A stretch of 63,985 bases of DNA, counting the filler, from Conidiobolus incongruus B7586 (taxonomy: Eukaryota): the NCBI GenBank assembly GCA_000697335.1. It is 17 parts of 17 records of this genome, joined end to end, with 100 filler letters (N's around TTAATTAATTAA, not from the genome) between each part and the next. Parts side by side here need not be neighbours in the genome. Positions count along the whole stretch, not along the records: positions 1 to 16,314 come from JNEM01006823.1; 16 more parts are not named here. The stretch is one strand, 5' to 3'. Of the stretch, positions 1 to 13,133 are shown in pieces. Position 1 is the stretch's first letter; every line of letters starts with the position of its first letter. Position numbers and translations under genes: made by a program. The notes beneath the pieces were generated by a model that did not search any database, was not told the origin of the DNA, and was given only the letters and a program-made list of their open reading frames with translations.

Positions 1-1622
1 AACTAATTAATATAAATAATATTTTATTAATTTATAGTCAAGTTTTATTAATATAAAAATAAAGGACTTTTGATGATTATTTTTTAGTTTAAATACAATA
101 ATATCAAATTATAAATTTTACAAAATTAATTTTTTAATCAAAATACTATCGTATATTTATATATATAATTTAAAACTATATATTTTCTTAACTATTTGGT
201 ATATATTTTAATATTTGAAATTAATAATTTGTTTGAAAAATTAGAAATTAGAAAATTTCTTATTTTTTCAATTCTGTGGTAATATTTATTATTTAAATAA
301 ACTGAATTTTTTATAATTATTATTGATATTTTTTAGTTTAAATATTTTATTATCAATTTGATTTAACATGAATAAGAATAACCCTTAGATATACCTTTTG
401 TGTTTTTGAAAATGGTTTTATTAATAACAATTTAAAGTAGATTTTTTAAATTAAGGATATCAAATACATACAGTTACCATTAATTTTCTAACACAATTTG
501 ACATAATGAATTAATTATAATTCTCAAAATTTTAATTGGTATTTGAAAATATTTTCATTGGTATAAGATTTGAATATTTGAAATTGCAAATATATTAATT
601 CAGGTTCATATTCTAGTTAAAAAACCTGTGATTATTGATATTATTCAATAAATTTTAATACTTAAAATCACTATAATTCAATACAATTGTAAAAAATATA
701 TTGTCAAATTTTTCAAATATAATTGATAATATTAAAACTATTTCCATAATTGATTAAATAAATTAGTGTCAAATTGTTACAAACCAATATTCAATCTAAT
801 CAGATATTTAAGTTATCTAAACTTTGATTTGTTATCATTACATAACTTGTGACCATTTAATCAATAATTATATTGGTTTGATATCTTCAATAACAGAGAT
901 TATTTAATGTTACAAAATTGTTTGATATAATTGACCTTATCGAAAACAAAATCTCGATTTAGTATTGATTATCTTTGAATTGTATGATATTAAGCAGACA
1001 AGTATTTAGTGCTTAATATTATTTTTGAATATTTGCCAACTACTTGAGTTTAACTATTAGTAATATGATACAATTGAATTACCACATGTAAAAATGTAAG
1101 TTAAACAGAACACTTGAAATATATTGAATATCTTCATATAGTTATATTAAGTTATTAGGAATAATGCTGTACTTGAATATGAAGTATATTAGTACATATT
1201 CTATCAATTCACATAATATATTATTTAATATAATTACATCTCTTATGATAGATGCAACAGCTTAATAAGTTTGATTATCTGAAAAAAAAATTATTAAGAA
1301 CGCTAAATCATTTTAGCTATAACTATTCTAACTACTTTATCATGCTAATCTAACAAAAAATATTAAAATTATAATTTTAAAAAAAACTATAAAATATCCA
1401 TTCATAAAAGTACACTATTGTTTATATCATACATTAAATAAATAATAACATTGTAACTATATTATACTCCTCACAAACAAGAACAAATTTTGATTTATAA
1501 TTTTACGAGATTGATGAAATTAAAATCTATTTATAAAACAATTAAACTTGAATAATTTACTAGTCGCTATATAGTCACTACAAATTATCTAATATATAGT
1601 GAACGGTATTATTTGTTAGTAA

Positions 1623-4600
1623 TTAAGCTTTGGGGGGTTGAGCACGATTATGTTGCATATGACTTTGAACCAAGTGTCCGGCGGCGAGCGCAGCACAGAG
1701 TGAGAGTTCTCCGGCCATGACGGCAGCACAGATGATGCGAGCAAGTTTGCGGGAGTTGGCTCCGGGTTCCGTGGGGTGAGGTCCTTTGACACCTAACATT
1801 TCAAGCATGGCTGCTTGAGGAGGTAAGGTAGTACCACCACCAATGGTACCAACTTCAATGGAAGGCATAGAACAGCTGATTAACAAATCTTGACCATTGT
1901 TGACAGCTTCCATCAAAGTGATACAGTTAGAACTTTCAACATTTTGAGCGGGATCTTGACCAGTGGCGAGATAGATGGCAGTGAGAATATTGGATGCATG
2001 AGCGTTAAAACCACCAACACTACCGGCCATAGCTGATCCGACCAAGTTCTTGGTTCGATTGAGTTCAACAATAGCGCGAACAGTGGTCTTCAATACTTTT
2101 TCAACGACGGATCCCTTAATGACAGCTTCAGCAACAACAGATTTACCACGACCTTCGATCCAATTGATAGCAGCGGGTTTCTTATCAGTACAATAATTGC
2201 CACTAATAGAGACAATTTGCATACTGGGGAAATGCTCGGCAACAACGGAGAGAGCTTTTTCAACACCTTTGGAAATCATGTTCATACCCATAGCATCACC
2301 AGTTGTTGTAGAGAATCGAATGAAGAGAGAGCGTCCAGCCATAGCGGTCTTTAAGGTAGAAAGACGACCAAATCGAGAAGTAGAGTCAAAAGCAGCCTTG
2401 ACAATGTCGAATCCTTCATTGTCCAACCATTTCTTACATTCGGAAGTTTCGACAATGCTGGGGAATTGAACAACGGGCCCGCGAGCCATACCATCGCGAG
2501 TGAGAACAGTAGTAGCACCACCACACATGGTAATAGCCTTACAGCCACGGGAAGTTGAAGCAATGAGACATCCTTCAGTTGTAGCCATTGGAATATGGTA
2601 ATTTTCATTATCAATCTTAAAAGGACCAGCAACACCAACAGGAATGGGAGTGTATCCAATAACGTTTTCAGCACACTGACCAATAACCTTAGAGTAATCA
2701 TAATGCATATAAGGTAAGCTTCCATTCATCAAGCTAGAGGAGGTAGGACAGACAGAGTTGGAAATCAAGATACGACGAATTTTAACAGCACGAGTATAGT
2801 CTTTGAGAGTCTTCTCTAAAGCATAAGCAGGGAGTTTACCATTATGAACAAGACTGATAACTTCTTCATCATTTAATGAAGCAACTCCTTCGGGAGTTTG
2901 TAATAAAGCAACACATTCTTCCAAACTGCGGTTAGTGCCATCGTATTCAGCATCGGCTAAATAGGAACAAGTTTTTATGGTTGGTTCTTGATCAGCTGGC
3001 ATGAAAATAATCTTAGTTTCAGGTTTGGGCTTTTCAACAACAGGAGCTGAAGTAGGAGCAAGGGCAACAGTAGGCTGATGAGAAGAAAGAGTGTAAAGGT
3101 TACCGAAAACTGAAAGTACTAATAAGGCAGTGACAACAGAAGAATAGTTAGGATGGTTAACGATCCATGAGACCAATTGAACAATATTAGCTCCACGATA
3201 ATAGACATGGATGGGGAGACTGGATTGGATGACGAATTGGTTCAATCCCTTATAGTCAGAAATATTGGAGGCAACTGCCTTTAATAATTGACGAGAGTCT
3301 TGAACAGAAGATTGTGCGCTAAGGATAGTAGGATCAGTTTCACTTCCAAAATGACGCAATTGGAAAAGAACAACAGCAACAATGATGAGGAGTTTAAGAT
3401 GGGAAGTGATCGAGTTGGGAGTAATAGGTCCAGGAACATTTTCGCTGAAAGCAGAAAAAGTAATTTTCTTGTAATTGGTAGGATCAGATAAATCAACTTC
3501 GGAGGGTGATTTCTTCATCTTTTTTTCACTGCGAGATTTGATCAAATTAAGTTTAAGGCTCATGATAGCAGGGAATAAAGTAAACATGAAGAAACTATAA
3601 TAAATGTTAATCAAAGCACTCAAAGCGCAGAATTCCTTTAGACCCTGGATACCGGAAAGTGAACCAGCAATCAAAACAGAGGTTTCAAAAAAAACTTCCC
3701 AAAGAATAGGTTCGGCAGAGGAATCTACCCCTTCAGCAACATACTTGGAGATGTGAGAATTATTGTCGGCTCTATTTTGGTAAGCCTTTAATACTGACTT
3801 GTACATATGACATGATTTTTGGAAACCGAGAGCACCAACCAAAAATGGGATACCTTCCATGAAAATCACCAAATCCACCTCCATACCAAAATCTTTCATT
3901 AAATAAATGGTAAATAAAGAAAGAACGAATGCAAAGATGCCAATGCAAATGATAGAAATAGAAAGAGCAAAGTTGGAACCAAGTTTCCTCATAGAAACAA
4001 AAAGCATACCAATAGTTGAGTACATAATCAAGTATCCGCTGAATACCAAAAAAATTTCGGCGATATTAGCTTGAGAGATGAGGTGTTTAGTATTCTTGTA
4101 GACTTGCATTAAGAAATTTGGAACTGATTGAACTCGGAATTTCAAATCAGAGGAGTCAATATTTTGAGGACTAAAGAGAGAAAAGCTATTCTGAACAACA
4201 GCCTTTTCCCAAGCTTCAGCACGCATTTCATCTTGTTCACTTTCGACACGGAAAGGAAAAGTGAGAACAAGATTAGAAGCACCTTTTAATTTAGAGTCTA
4301 GAGAATAATGGGGTTTAAGAAAATGCTTAGAGATTGTACCAGATTCTAAAGCATTCTGAAGGGATTCAAAAACTGAGGCTTGATCTTGTCCTTCCAAAGA
4401 GTTATTCCAAATAGAAAAAATATCATATGTTATACACTCTTGAGTATTGGTCTTTTTCAAACAGAGATCTTGATAAGTAAAAGATTCGGGACCATCTTTG
4501 ATTGTTAAATCTTTAGTAAGGTGTTGTTTGTACAAAAGAACACGCTCTAATACGGGAATTTCAAGAAGTCCAGGTTTGTTGTCGATATTAGGGGCAGAAA

Positions 4601-4853
4601 TAGTAATATGCTTAAGGAGAACAGATCCAGATTCATCAGACATTAGATAAGTTTGACCATTGTCATATAAAAAACTTCTTGTGATAGGTTCATGAAATCG
4701 CTTTGTAGAAAAAATTTCCTTAATATGTTGAGATACACCAAACCATCCAACTAATAAACAGGTGAGAATAGCAAAAAAACAAGCTTCAACAGGGTAAGTA
4801 GAAGAAAGGGTGGAGAAGGGAACGATGAACTTCCTTCGAACTGACATAAACAT
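1623..4853 (-). CDS. HMG1: Class I HMG-CoA reductase with sterol-sensing membrane domain, intronless
   Basis: 1076-aa ORF; motifs ENVIGY, PMATTEGCL, DAMGMNM, SGNYCTDKKP, GQDPAQN, GHLVQSH; N-terminal hydrophobic segments typical of the sterol-sensing domain. Confidence 0.98.
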   Translation of the reverse strand: MFMSVRRKFIVPFSTLSSTYPVEACFFAILTCLLVGWFGVSQHIKEIFSTKRFHEPITRSFLYDNGQTYLMSDESGSVLLKHITISAPNIDNKPGLLEIPVLERVLLYKQHLTKDLTIKDGPESFTYQDLCLKKTNTQECITYDIFSIWNNSLEGQDQASVFESLQNALESGTISKHFLKPHYSLDSKLKGASNLVLTFPFRVESEQDEMRAEAWEKAVVQNSFSLFSPQNIDSSDLKFRVQSVPNFLMQVYKNTKHLISQANIAEIFLVFSGYLIMYSTIGMLFVSMRKLGSNFALSISIICIGIFAFVLSLFTIYLMKDFGMEVDLVIFMEGIPFLVGALGFQKSCHMYKSVLKAYQNRADNNSHISKYVAEGVDSSAEPILWEVFFETSVLIAGSLSGIQGLKEFCALSALINIYYSFFMFTLFPAIMSLKLNLIKSRSEKKMKKSPSEVDLSDPTNYKKITFSAFSENVPGPITPNSITSHLKLLIIVAVVLFQLRHFGSETDPTILSAQSSVQDSRQLLKAVASNISDYKGLNQFVIQSSLPIHVYYRGANIVQLVSWIVNHPNYSSVVTALLVLSVFGNLYTLSSHQPTVALAPTSAPVVEKPKPETKIIFMPADQEPTIKTCSYLADAEYDGTNRSLEECVALLQTPEGVASLNDEEVISLVHNGKLPAYALEKTLKDYTRAVKIRRILISNSVCPTSSSLMNGSLPYMHYDYSKVIGQCAENVIGYTPIPVGVAGPFKIDNENYHIPMATTEGCLIASTSRGCKAITMCGGATTVLTRDGMARGPVVQFPSIVETSECKKWLDNEGFDIVKAAFDSTSRFGRLSTLKTAMAGRSLFIRFSTTTGDAMGMNMISKGVEKALSVVAEHFPSMQIVSISGNYCTDKKPAAINWIEGRGKSVVAEAVIKGSVVEKVLKTTVRAIVELNRTKNLVGSAMAGSVGGFNAHASNILTAIYLATGQDPAQNVESSNCITLMEAVNNGQDLLISCSMPSIEVGTIGGGTTLPPQAAMLEMLGVKGPHPTEPGANSRKLARIICAAVMAGELSLCAALAAGHLVQSHMQHNRAQPPKA

Positions 4854-7800
4854 CCTGAATAATATGTCGTAAGAAATATATAGGATTCTTACTATTTTAT
4901 GCTAAGATCAAAGTAGTGATGATGATTAGACTGGAAATAATTAGTATAAAATTATGAATTCAACCAAACCCAAATTATGAGGAAAAACTAACCAAACTGA
5001 ATTTGGACATACAGCCACTATAAATACCAACTAATCAGTTACATTTGAAATGAAATTCAACACTCACAAATTGAATATACATTTTTCAATTACTAAATTT
5101 TAAAATCATTACAAACAATTTGGATAAAATAATACTAATATCATTATAATGAATAAATAGAAAAATATCATTATTTCAAATTACTAATTTAAAATTATAA
5201 TTTTATATCAGATCTAGTAATCACTTTATATGAACATAAGACTATTACTTAAAATATTTTCTATTTTTTAGAATAAATAATTTGGCAATACTTCAGTAAA
5301 AAACGAAAAATTAGTTAGATATACTCTAATTTCATTGATTATTAAATTTCTAATAATAATTTATTAAGTGTATAATTGTGCAATGGAAAATCATTGAAAT
5401 TTGATTTTTTTTCAAAAAACAAATGGGGTTAATAAAATACTAATTTGTTCCAAATATATCTATAGGTTGATATAGATAAATTTAATTTTGAATAAATCAT
5501 GTACAAAGACCAATATATTATTAATAGGAAAGATCAAACCAAGTCAAACAAAACGTTGATGAATAACATTACTGAAAAGAAAAAAATAGCTTTAATTAGA
5601 TATTATTTTCAGTTTTCAAAGATAAAATGTATTATTTAAACAGCAAAATTTATTAATCATTAATCACATTTACCTTATCTCCAGAATTTAATAAACCTAA
5701 TATTTTTATTATACTGATTATATATTCAAATAATTCATTGCTAAATAGCTACTATAATAGATTTTTTAATCAGCTCATTCGAAATCTTGTTGAAATATTT
5801 ATAGTACAACAATGTATATTATAAAAAATTGTCCAATTTCATTCGAAATTTAATCCCAAAAAGGAATATACGGTTAATCATATGAATTTGATTGAATTGA
5901 TAACACAAGCATTAAAATTCAATTAAATATTATTATGAAATTTTTAAAAATAAATATATTATCACCATCTCACATATTCCCCCGAATTTTATTCATAATA
6001 TTTGTTAATATCAATCTAAAACTATTTTGATTTAAACTTATTAATTTAATAAATTTTTGTAACTGAACTCAGGATATTAATAACTAATTAATATATTCAC
6101 TATGAACTTTACATCATGATATGATAGGCTATTAAAATATAACTATATTTTACTTAAAATAAATTAGTTTTATGACCCTGATTTTAATTCACAAATATTA
6201 AAATACATAAAAAAATTCATATAATTTTGAATTCTAATATTTATTTGACAAAATTTATTTAAAGTACTGTATTTCTTAATAAACAATAATAGAGAAAAAA
6301 TGATATTATTTAGTCTTTTTTTCTTTTATGTTCCAAAATATAAAATATGATTACAATATGCATATAAATATTTAGACATAGCTTATCTGATAATATCAAA
6401 AAGTCAATCTATTCAATTATTCACCGATAATTTTATATTGTGATTGTATTGATTTTAAATATTTTTTAATTATAAATTTTATATCCTTGAAACCGTTTGT
6501 AAAATGTTTAACACAAATCTCATTTCAATTAAAAATTTTGGTTCTCTTGACGAATAGTTATAAAATTTATTAATACAGTCACTAATTACAGCATAATTTT
6601 TTGCTATTTTTGATTGATTTTAATATGATAGCATATTTCAGTTCAAATTTGTTTGTTTGATAGATAGAAAGTTCTAATCTTTATTTTTTAATTTCAATCA
6701 ACTTTGTATAAGTGCTATAACAATAATTGAAATCATATTATCCGATTAATTCCGTTTAAGTGTTTTATTCAGTTAAAAGCAAATATAAAGTCATTTCAAT
6801 CTAGGTATATGCTGCCAATTGTATATTCGAAATATCAGTATATTAAATTAAATAGTAAAAATTATAATAATAAGCCGTACAAAAATTTGATTAACATATT
6901 TTTATAATCTTCAATTATTATTTTTCAAATTTTATAAAAATTAAAAAACTAAATTAGGGTAATTACTGTATAATTACATTTTTACAGATAAAAATAACTC
7001 ATAAAATATTCTGATATTCACTTCCTAATATTCAAATATTACTAATTGTTACCAATATGATATATATTATATTTCGTTGAAATCTGAAATTAACAATATA
7101 TTGTCAAAATGAGATATATATTTCAACTATTTAAACCTTTTCTATTGAATTTTGGTCAATTATATAAAACAAAAAATAAATTAATGGATTAAATTATATT
7201 GAATTTATGCTCTACATGTTAATTAATACTTTTCAACATCGACTCACATACCAAAGCCTAATATATCTTTAATTACATATAATACATATATATATTTCCT
7301 TTTGAAATTATTAGTTAACGCTATCAATATTTAATATTATAACAATTAATTACATATTTATAAATTGAATAACCGTATGAATTTTAAATTTAAAAATAAA
7401 ATACAGTTTTTAATGTGAACATTCAAAACCATTGAAAGTTACTATGTAATTGATCATAATATAAATTAATAATCAATTAGAACCTATAAGCCCTAGCGAA
7501 ATTGATTATTATTTAATAAGAATACAAATAACAAACTAGAATTCATATTATATATATCAAACAAGTATCACAATGACTGACATTATTATCAAAAAATTAA
7601 AATAAAATTATTTTTTAGTGATTTGTATTAATTTTTAGTAAGTATATGTAATAGAGTAAGATATTAAGATTAAATGGATAGTCATAAATATCAATGTGAG
7701 TATCATATGGAATATATTTGTAACTAACAAAATTAAATATATCATAAACTTTAGGGTTGGAACAGTAATGGATTTTACTATATTTGGTGAATGGTTAAAT

Positions 7801-8797
7801 TTTACTATTATTATCGATAGATACAATATCGTGGAATTTAACTATTATTAATTATTATTAATCTTTTGAAATTATTATAGCTATATTAAATTTTAAAATC
7901 TCATCTAATATATATATTTCAAAAAGTAAACTAGAATATTTAATGAAATTAGTTGTAGTTGAACATGATAAAAAAATTTAAATATAAAAATTTAATTTAA
8001 ATTCAATATGATAAACTTAAATCATATTTATCAATGAATTTATATTAAATTGAAAATTTAAATTAGTACCAATCAAAATATTAAAATTTTATTTTTATAT
8101 TAAATTATGAAATTATCATAAATTTAACTTTTCAATCAGTAATCCTAACTTGCTAAAACAAGTTGAAAAAATCTATAATAATTGTCAATATTTTCAATTG
8201 CTTTGAGATAAATTTTTTAAGTAACATCATATTGAAATCTTATAAAGCATTATATAAATTCAGAAAGATCAAAATAATTGATAGTATTTAATTGTATACA
8301 TGAAATATATATTGCTATAACATTTTATAATGTTTTAATTTATATTGATTTAATTGTGATTTGGATCTAAGTAAATTTAAAATAATTCAATATTTGATAA
8401 AAGTTCAAAGATTAAATAATCAATATTATAATTGTAATTTATTCTACGTCTAAAATTTCCTTTTTATATGTTTTTAACAAGAATGAAATTATTCTTTTAA
8501 TCTAATTGTATAAAAAACAAATTTTAGTTTCATTAAAGTTAATACTTTAATCAAAATATTTTCTAAAATTAAAATTAAATAAGAAAGATCCTGAATTCAT
8601 TTAATATCAAATTAACTAAATAGTAAAATTAAGTATATTTTTATTATGAAAAAGGGGTTATATAAAAACATAAAGGTTTATAACAGCAATCATATCAAAA
8701 CAAAAATATTAAGTTGATTAAATATTAAAATTGCTAGGATTAATTGTTTATTAAATTTTAATTATATTAATTGAATGTTTTCATTTTAAAAATGATG

Positions 8798-8998
8798 ACG
8801 CGATAGTACACAACTAATTTGGAAGGTCATAAATTTGAAATTGAAAGTTGAATTGTGATGCGAAATTAACCAATCACAAATAAAGAAATTCCAAATTGAA
8901 TGATACGAAATTTGAATTTACATTAGAGAAAGGGGAATTTGATTGGATGGTTCTCAACATCAACTTGAAATTGGTTAGTTGTCTTAATAGGAAATTGG
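8798..8998. promoter_or_regulatory. Putative histone promoter: CCAAT-box cluster with ACGCG and GCGAAA motifs
   Basis: CCAAT 8870, ATTGG 8942/8970/8994, ACGCGA 8798, GCGAAA 8860, within about 320 bp upstream of the H2A ATG. Function inferred. Confidence 0.35.
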
Positions 8999-9117
8999 AT
9001 TTTGGAAATAAAATGTAGTAGTGAAAAGAGTGATTTATACCCATTAAAGTGTAAACAATTTGTTTTTCATCTTTCAATTGATCTTTGTTTTTTTCATCAC
9101 ATAACATTACTATCAAC

Positions 9118-9516
9118 ATGTCTGGAAAAGGAGGTAAAGGAAAAGCTGCTGCCGCTGAAACCACTTCTCGCTCTCGTTCATCTAAGGCCGGTCTTCAATT
9201 CCCTGTCGGTCGTATTCACCGTCTCTTGAAGAAGGGTAACTACGCCCAACGTGTTGCTGCCGGTGCTCCCGTCTACTTGGCTTCCGTTTTGGAATACTTG
9301 ACCGCCGAAATTCTCGAATTGGCCGGTAACGCCGCTCGTGATAACAAGAAGACCAGAATTATTCCTCGTCACTTGCAACTCGCCATCCGTAACGACGAAG
9401 AATTGTCCAAGCTTTTGGGCCACGTTACCATCGCTCAAGGTGGTGTCCTTCCTAACATCCAAGGTGTCCTTCTCCCCAAGAAGAGCAAGAAGGAAGACGG
9501 AACTCAAGAATCCTAA
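9118..9516 (+). CDS. HTA1: Histone H2A (132 aa), C-terminus ...DGTQES
   Basis: True ATG at 9118 (MSGKGGKGK); [29 protein letters not shown]; strong C/T-ending codon bias. Confidence 0.98.
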   Translation: MSGKGGKGKAAAAETTSRSRSSKAGLQFPVGRIHRLLKKGNYAQRVAAGAPVYLASVLEYLTAEILELAGNAARDNKKTRIIPRHLQLAIRNDEELSKLLGHVTIAQGGVLPNIQGVLLPKKSKKEDGTQES

Positions 9517-10726
9517 ATTTGTTTCACGATCTCTTGACGAGTTCAGTCGCCAAAGTTTAGCTTGTAACGTATTTTAATTGAGATAATATCGAGTTCAATT
9601 AATTTATTCGATTTGTACTTTAACTATGATTATACCACTTTCATATTCACCACTTCCAAATAAATAGTATTATATATAATATAATTAAGTTTTGTTTTTT
9701 TAAATAATTTAAATTGAAATTCAAAACTGATATTAAACTGAACAGTTAATGATTATTGATACTAGTAATATTTTGAATAAGGTTATTTACCTATTGAATA
9801 CTCATTTAATTATTCTTTATTATTAACGTTATTGCGTAATAACTCTCCTTTCACAAGGATACAATCACCAAATTTCAACTTACCAATTTCCGTTTCAATT
9901 ATTTAATTAATATAATATTTACAATAAATGGTGCTGGTACTATCGTCCACTAAGCATAATATTAGCACATATAAATAACAATATATGATATGAAAACACT
10001 ATCACCAATAATAAAATATTTACTCTAGAATAATTTGAATATTAAATACCAGACCTGTACTAATTGAAATTTTCTAAATGATTTTATCTAATAACTACTA
10101 AAACTTTATTTAATTTGATCTTAATTACAAAATCTAATATCAATAAAATTTTAATTTTATTATCTGACATTTGTTTTTTAGATATTAAAATTAGTGATTG
10201 AGTTATTGAAAAAGTGAGTAATTTATCATATGATTACTATTTGTGGGAATTGAGATTAATTTAAATATTAATTTATTGGATTTAAATTAAATAAAAATTA
10301 TAATAAATTATATTGTTAATATTATTAAAAAAATAAGTTTATTAAATTATAACATTTATATGTAAAAATAATCTAATTAAATTATAAATATTAAAAATTT
10401 GATCGAAAATGATTTCAAATTAAAATTAAAATTGAATAAAATATAATTGAAAATTAAATTATAAAAATTTTCAGGCTGAATTAAAAATTAATAAATTATG
10501 AAATAAATTTTCAAAATATAGATTTATTTATTTTTAATTAATGATTACTCGGTGATTATTTGATTGAATTATTTTTTTTATTTTTATTAAAATAATAATA
10601 ATTCAAATAATATCGACTTTAATTTAATAATCCCATAATATATTTTGATTACTTTTTCAATTATAAATAAATATTTTTTAAAATTTCATTCAAAATAAAT
10701 AGAATAATTAATAATAAAATAAACAA

Positions 10727-11818
10727 ATGACTTCAAAATTATCAGATAATCAACTGTTAAAAAATCTAGTCAATCAAATTCAATTATTATTGAAAGAATT
10801 AAGAACTACTACCAAAGTTGATGACAAGAAATTTAATTTGGATGCTTATAAGAAGGAAGTGAGTAAGTAAAAAACCATATTAGTTAATATAACATTATTA
10901 ATATGTTTGATATTAGTCGATATTTCTACAAAACTTGCCAAATACAGTAATGATTTTACACTAGCTTATAAACCACCTTTGAGTAATGATGCGAAAGACA
11001 CTATTGTCAACAACCTAACTAACACAATCACTCAATTAACGTCCAAAGTAAGTCAAATTCCTAAAGAATTAGGAAAGAATTTGATTGAGTTCCACAGATT
11101 GCAAGTGGAGAAAATTTTGAAGAATTTATTAAAATTGATTTCAGGTTTTGGTAAAGTTTATAAATTTGATTTCGGGGAGGTGGTAGAGTTGGAGGAGGTT
11201 TTCAGCAGATTAAATTTAAACGAGCTGAAAACTAGTAGTGAAAACGATTTGATGAAATCGAATGAAAATTGTTGGAATTCCATTCTACAATTGAAATCTT
11301 TGCCATTCACCAATGCTGATGCTGTATTGATCAAATTTAACCAAGTGCAGCTTCAACTGCTGGATGTTTTGGAAGAGTTGGAGGATTTGGAGATGGAAAA
11401 TGTCGTACCCGAAGATGACGAATTGACAGTACTATCCCTACAGCCCTCGAATGCTCTGTCTAAACAGCATATCGAATTGGGTAACACTATCAAAAACTAT
11501 TTGAAATTGATTCAAAAGTTGTACAAGAAGATTGAACTCAGAGTGATTAAACCCTGCAATGACACCAATATGAGCTATTTGGACGACTGCTTAGACCAAG
11601 TACAAAATTTGAATGAAGAAATCGACAATCTTGTAAGTCTCATTTGGGAAAACGAACCAATTGAAGAAATCCAAGCTCAATTGACTCAAGTGATCCGTAC
11701 TAACGAATCTGTAAATGTCCTCGTCAAGCAAAAGCTATCGGAGGATCATTTAAAATGGATGGATCTCTTCGATCAACAACTCCAAAAAATTCAAAATCAA
11801 ATCGCCACAACAGAATAA
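10727..11818 (+). CDS. Grap2/cyclin-D-interacting protein (GCIP/CCNDBP1)-like; exons 10727-10862, 10917-11818
   Basis: 54-nt GTAAGT..TAG intron joins an ATG exon in frame to the 303-aa ORF; segments TLAYKPP, CWNSILQLKSLPFTNADAV..LLDVLEELE and LDDCLDQV..EIDNLVSLIW resemble the GCIP family. Confidence 0.75.
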
Positions 11819-11898
11819 TGATTATCCCATAATCAATGAATATCATCAAAAATTTTAATAAATTAGCAATTCATCAAACATTTTATATTTATTAAAAT

Positions 11899-13071
11899 AT
11901 GTCGCATCCTTTAAGATTCAAACCCAATCCCATTACTCAACTCTACCCAACTCAATTCCAATTCCCCAATGATAAAATTAATCAACTAATAAAAAATAAT
12001 GAATTCTACGAAAAAGTAACCATATAACACTATATTCATAACATATAATAATAATAATTTATTCCTTTAGATAGAATTATTATTACCTATACAAATTATT
12101 AATAACGATCAATTCCAAAAATTATTAAAAAATTTTGAAGATATTAAATTAAATCAATTTAATATCACTTTGAAAAAATTTACAGTATTATTTTTAAAAC
12201 TATTTAAAAATAGTAAGTCAATAATAATGTTTAAATAATATTTACTAATATTCTTTATAGGTAATATTTCTTTAAAATCAATTAATAACTCTGAATTAAT
12301 CTTAACAATTCATAATCAACGATTAACTCTTGTAATACCTTCATATATGAAACAATCTACATCATTAAATTTTAAACAATTAAATTCTGAAAATTGTTAT
12401 ATTAATTTATATATTCAAGATTTGATAAATTCTGACAAATTGTTGACTAATTTGAATTCGTTGTTTAAGCAATTTGAAGGATTGGAAATGGTATTGAGTG
12501 TATTGAATTCCAATGTTGAAGTTGATATAATTAAGTCTGAGTGTGATGAATTCGAATCAATACAATCCATTTGGAATCTTAACAGCATTGAAAATATTCA
12601 AGTGCCTTTAACATTACCTCAATCTGGTAATCTCCACTGTATGGAGGACTTGGCAGAATTTTACGATTATTGGGGACTTATATCGTGTAATATAGACAGG
12701 TGATTCTTTAATAATTAGTAAAATTTACACTTATTAAATGTGATTTTAGATTGTATGATAAAGAACCTTTAGATAATTACCTCTGCAACTTCGAAACTCC
12801 TGATAATTGTAAAACTTTATCGGTTACGAAACTCTCGTTAACTGGGTTAATTCCATCAAATTATGTAGCGACCATATTGAAAATTTTGGAATCTGAAACT
12901 TTGAATGATCTTTACTCAGTTGTGAATTTGTGGAATGGGGAAAACAGTTTAATTACTTTCAATAATACCATGTATTTAGAACCTACCTCGATTTCCCTGT
13001 TTTTGAACAGCTGTGACAACGGTGGCGATAGCTGGATGATTCGATTAATTCATAATATTAATAATTATTAG
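11899..13071 (+). CDS. RPP40: RNase P/MRP subunit p40-like; exons 11899-12015, 12071-12212, 12261-12699, 12750-13071
   Basis: Three 48-55-nt GT-AG introns give one continuous frame linking ORFs 12347 and 12751; EFYDYWGLIS..RL..DNYLCNFETP..TGLIPS resembles Rpp40. Confidence 0.65.
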
Positions 13072-13133
13072 ATATAATAAATAAATAGAATCAAAATTTA
13101 TATTTAAAACTATTTTATCAAATATTTATTAAA

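Noticed and set aside
2197..3496. Short overlapping ORFs within HMG1 (likewise in H2A, ATG3, MET12, OYE, wc-1 and the TF gene)
   Set aside because: Off-frame or antisense shadows of real genes, no recognisable motifs.
5961..5973. Sterol regulatory element-like ATCACCATCTCAC upstream of HMG1
   Set aside because: Imperfect single match 1.1 kb upstream; chance occurrence likely.
7635..7826. 63-aa ORF (also 42288-42503)
   Set aside because: Low-complexity AT-rich translation; the second runs into a gap within a mariner end.
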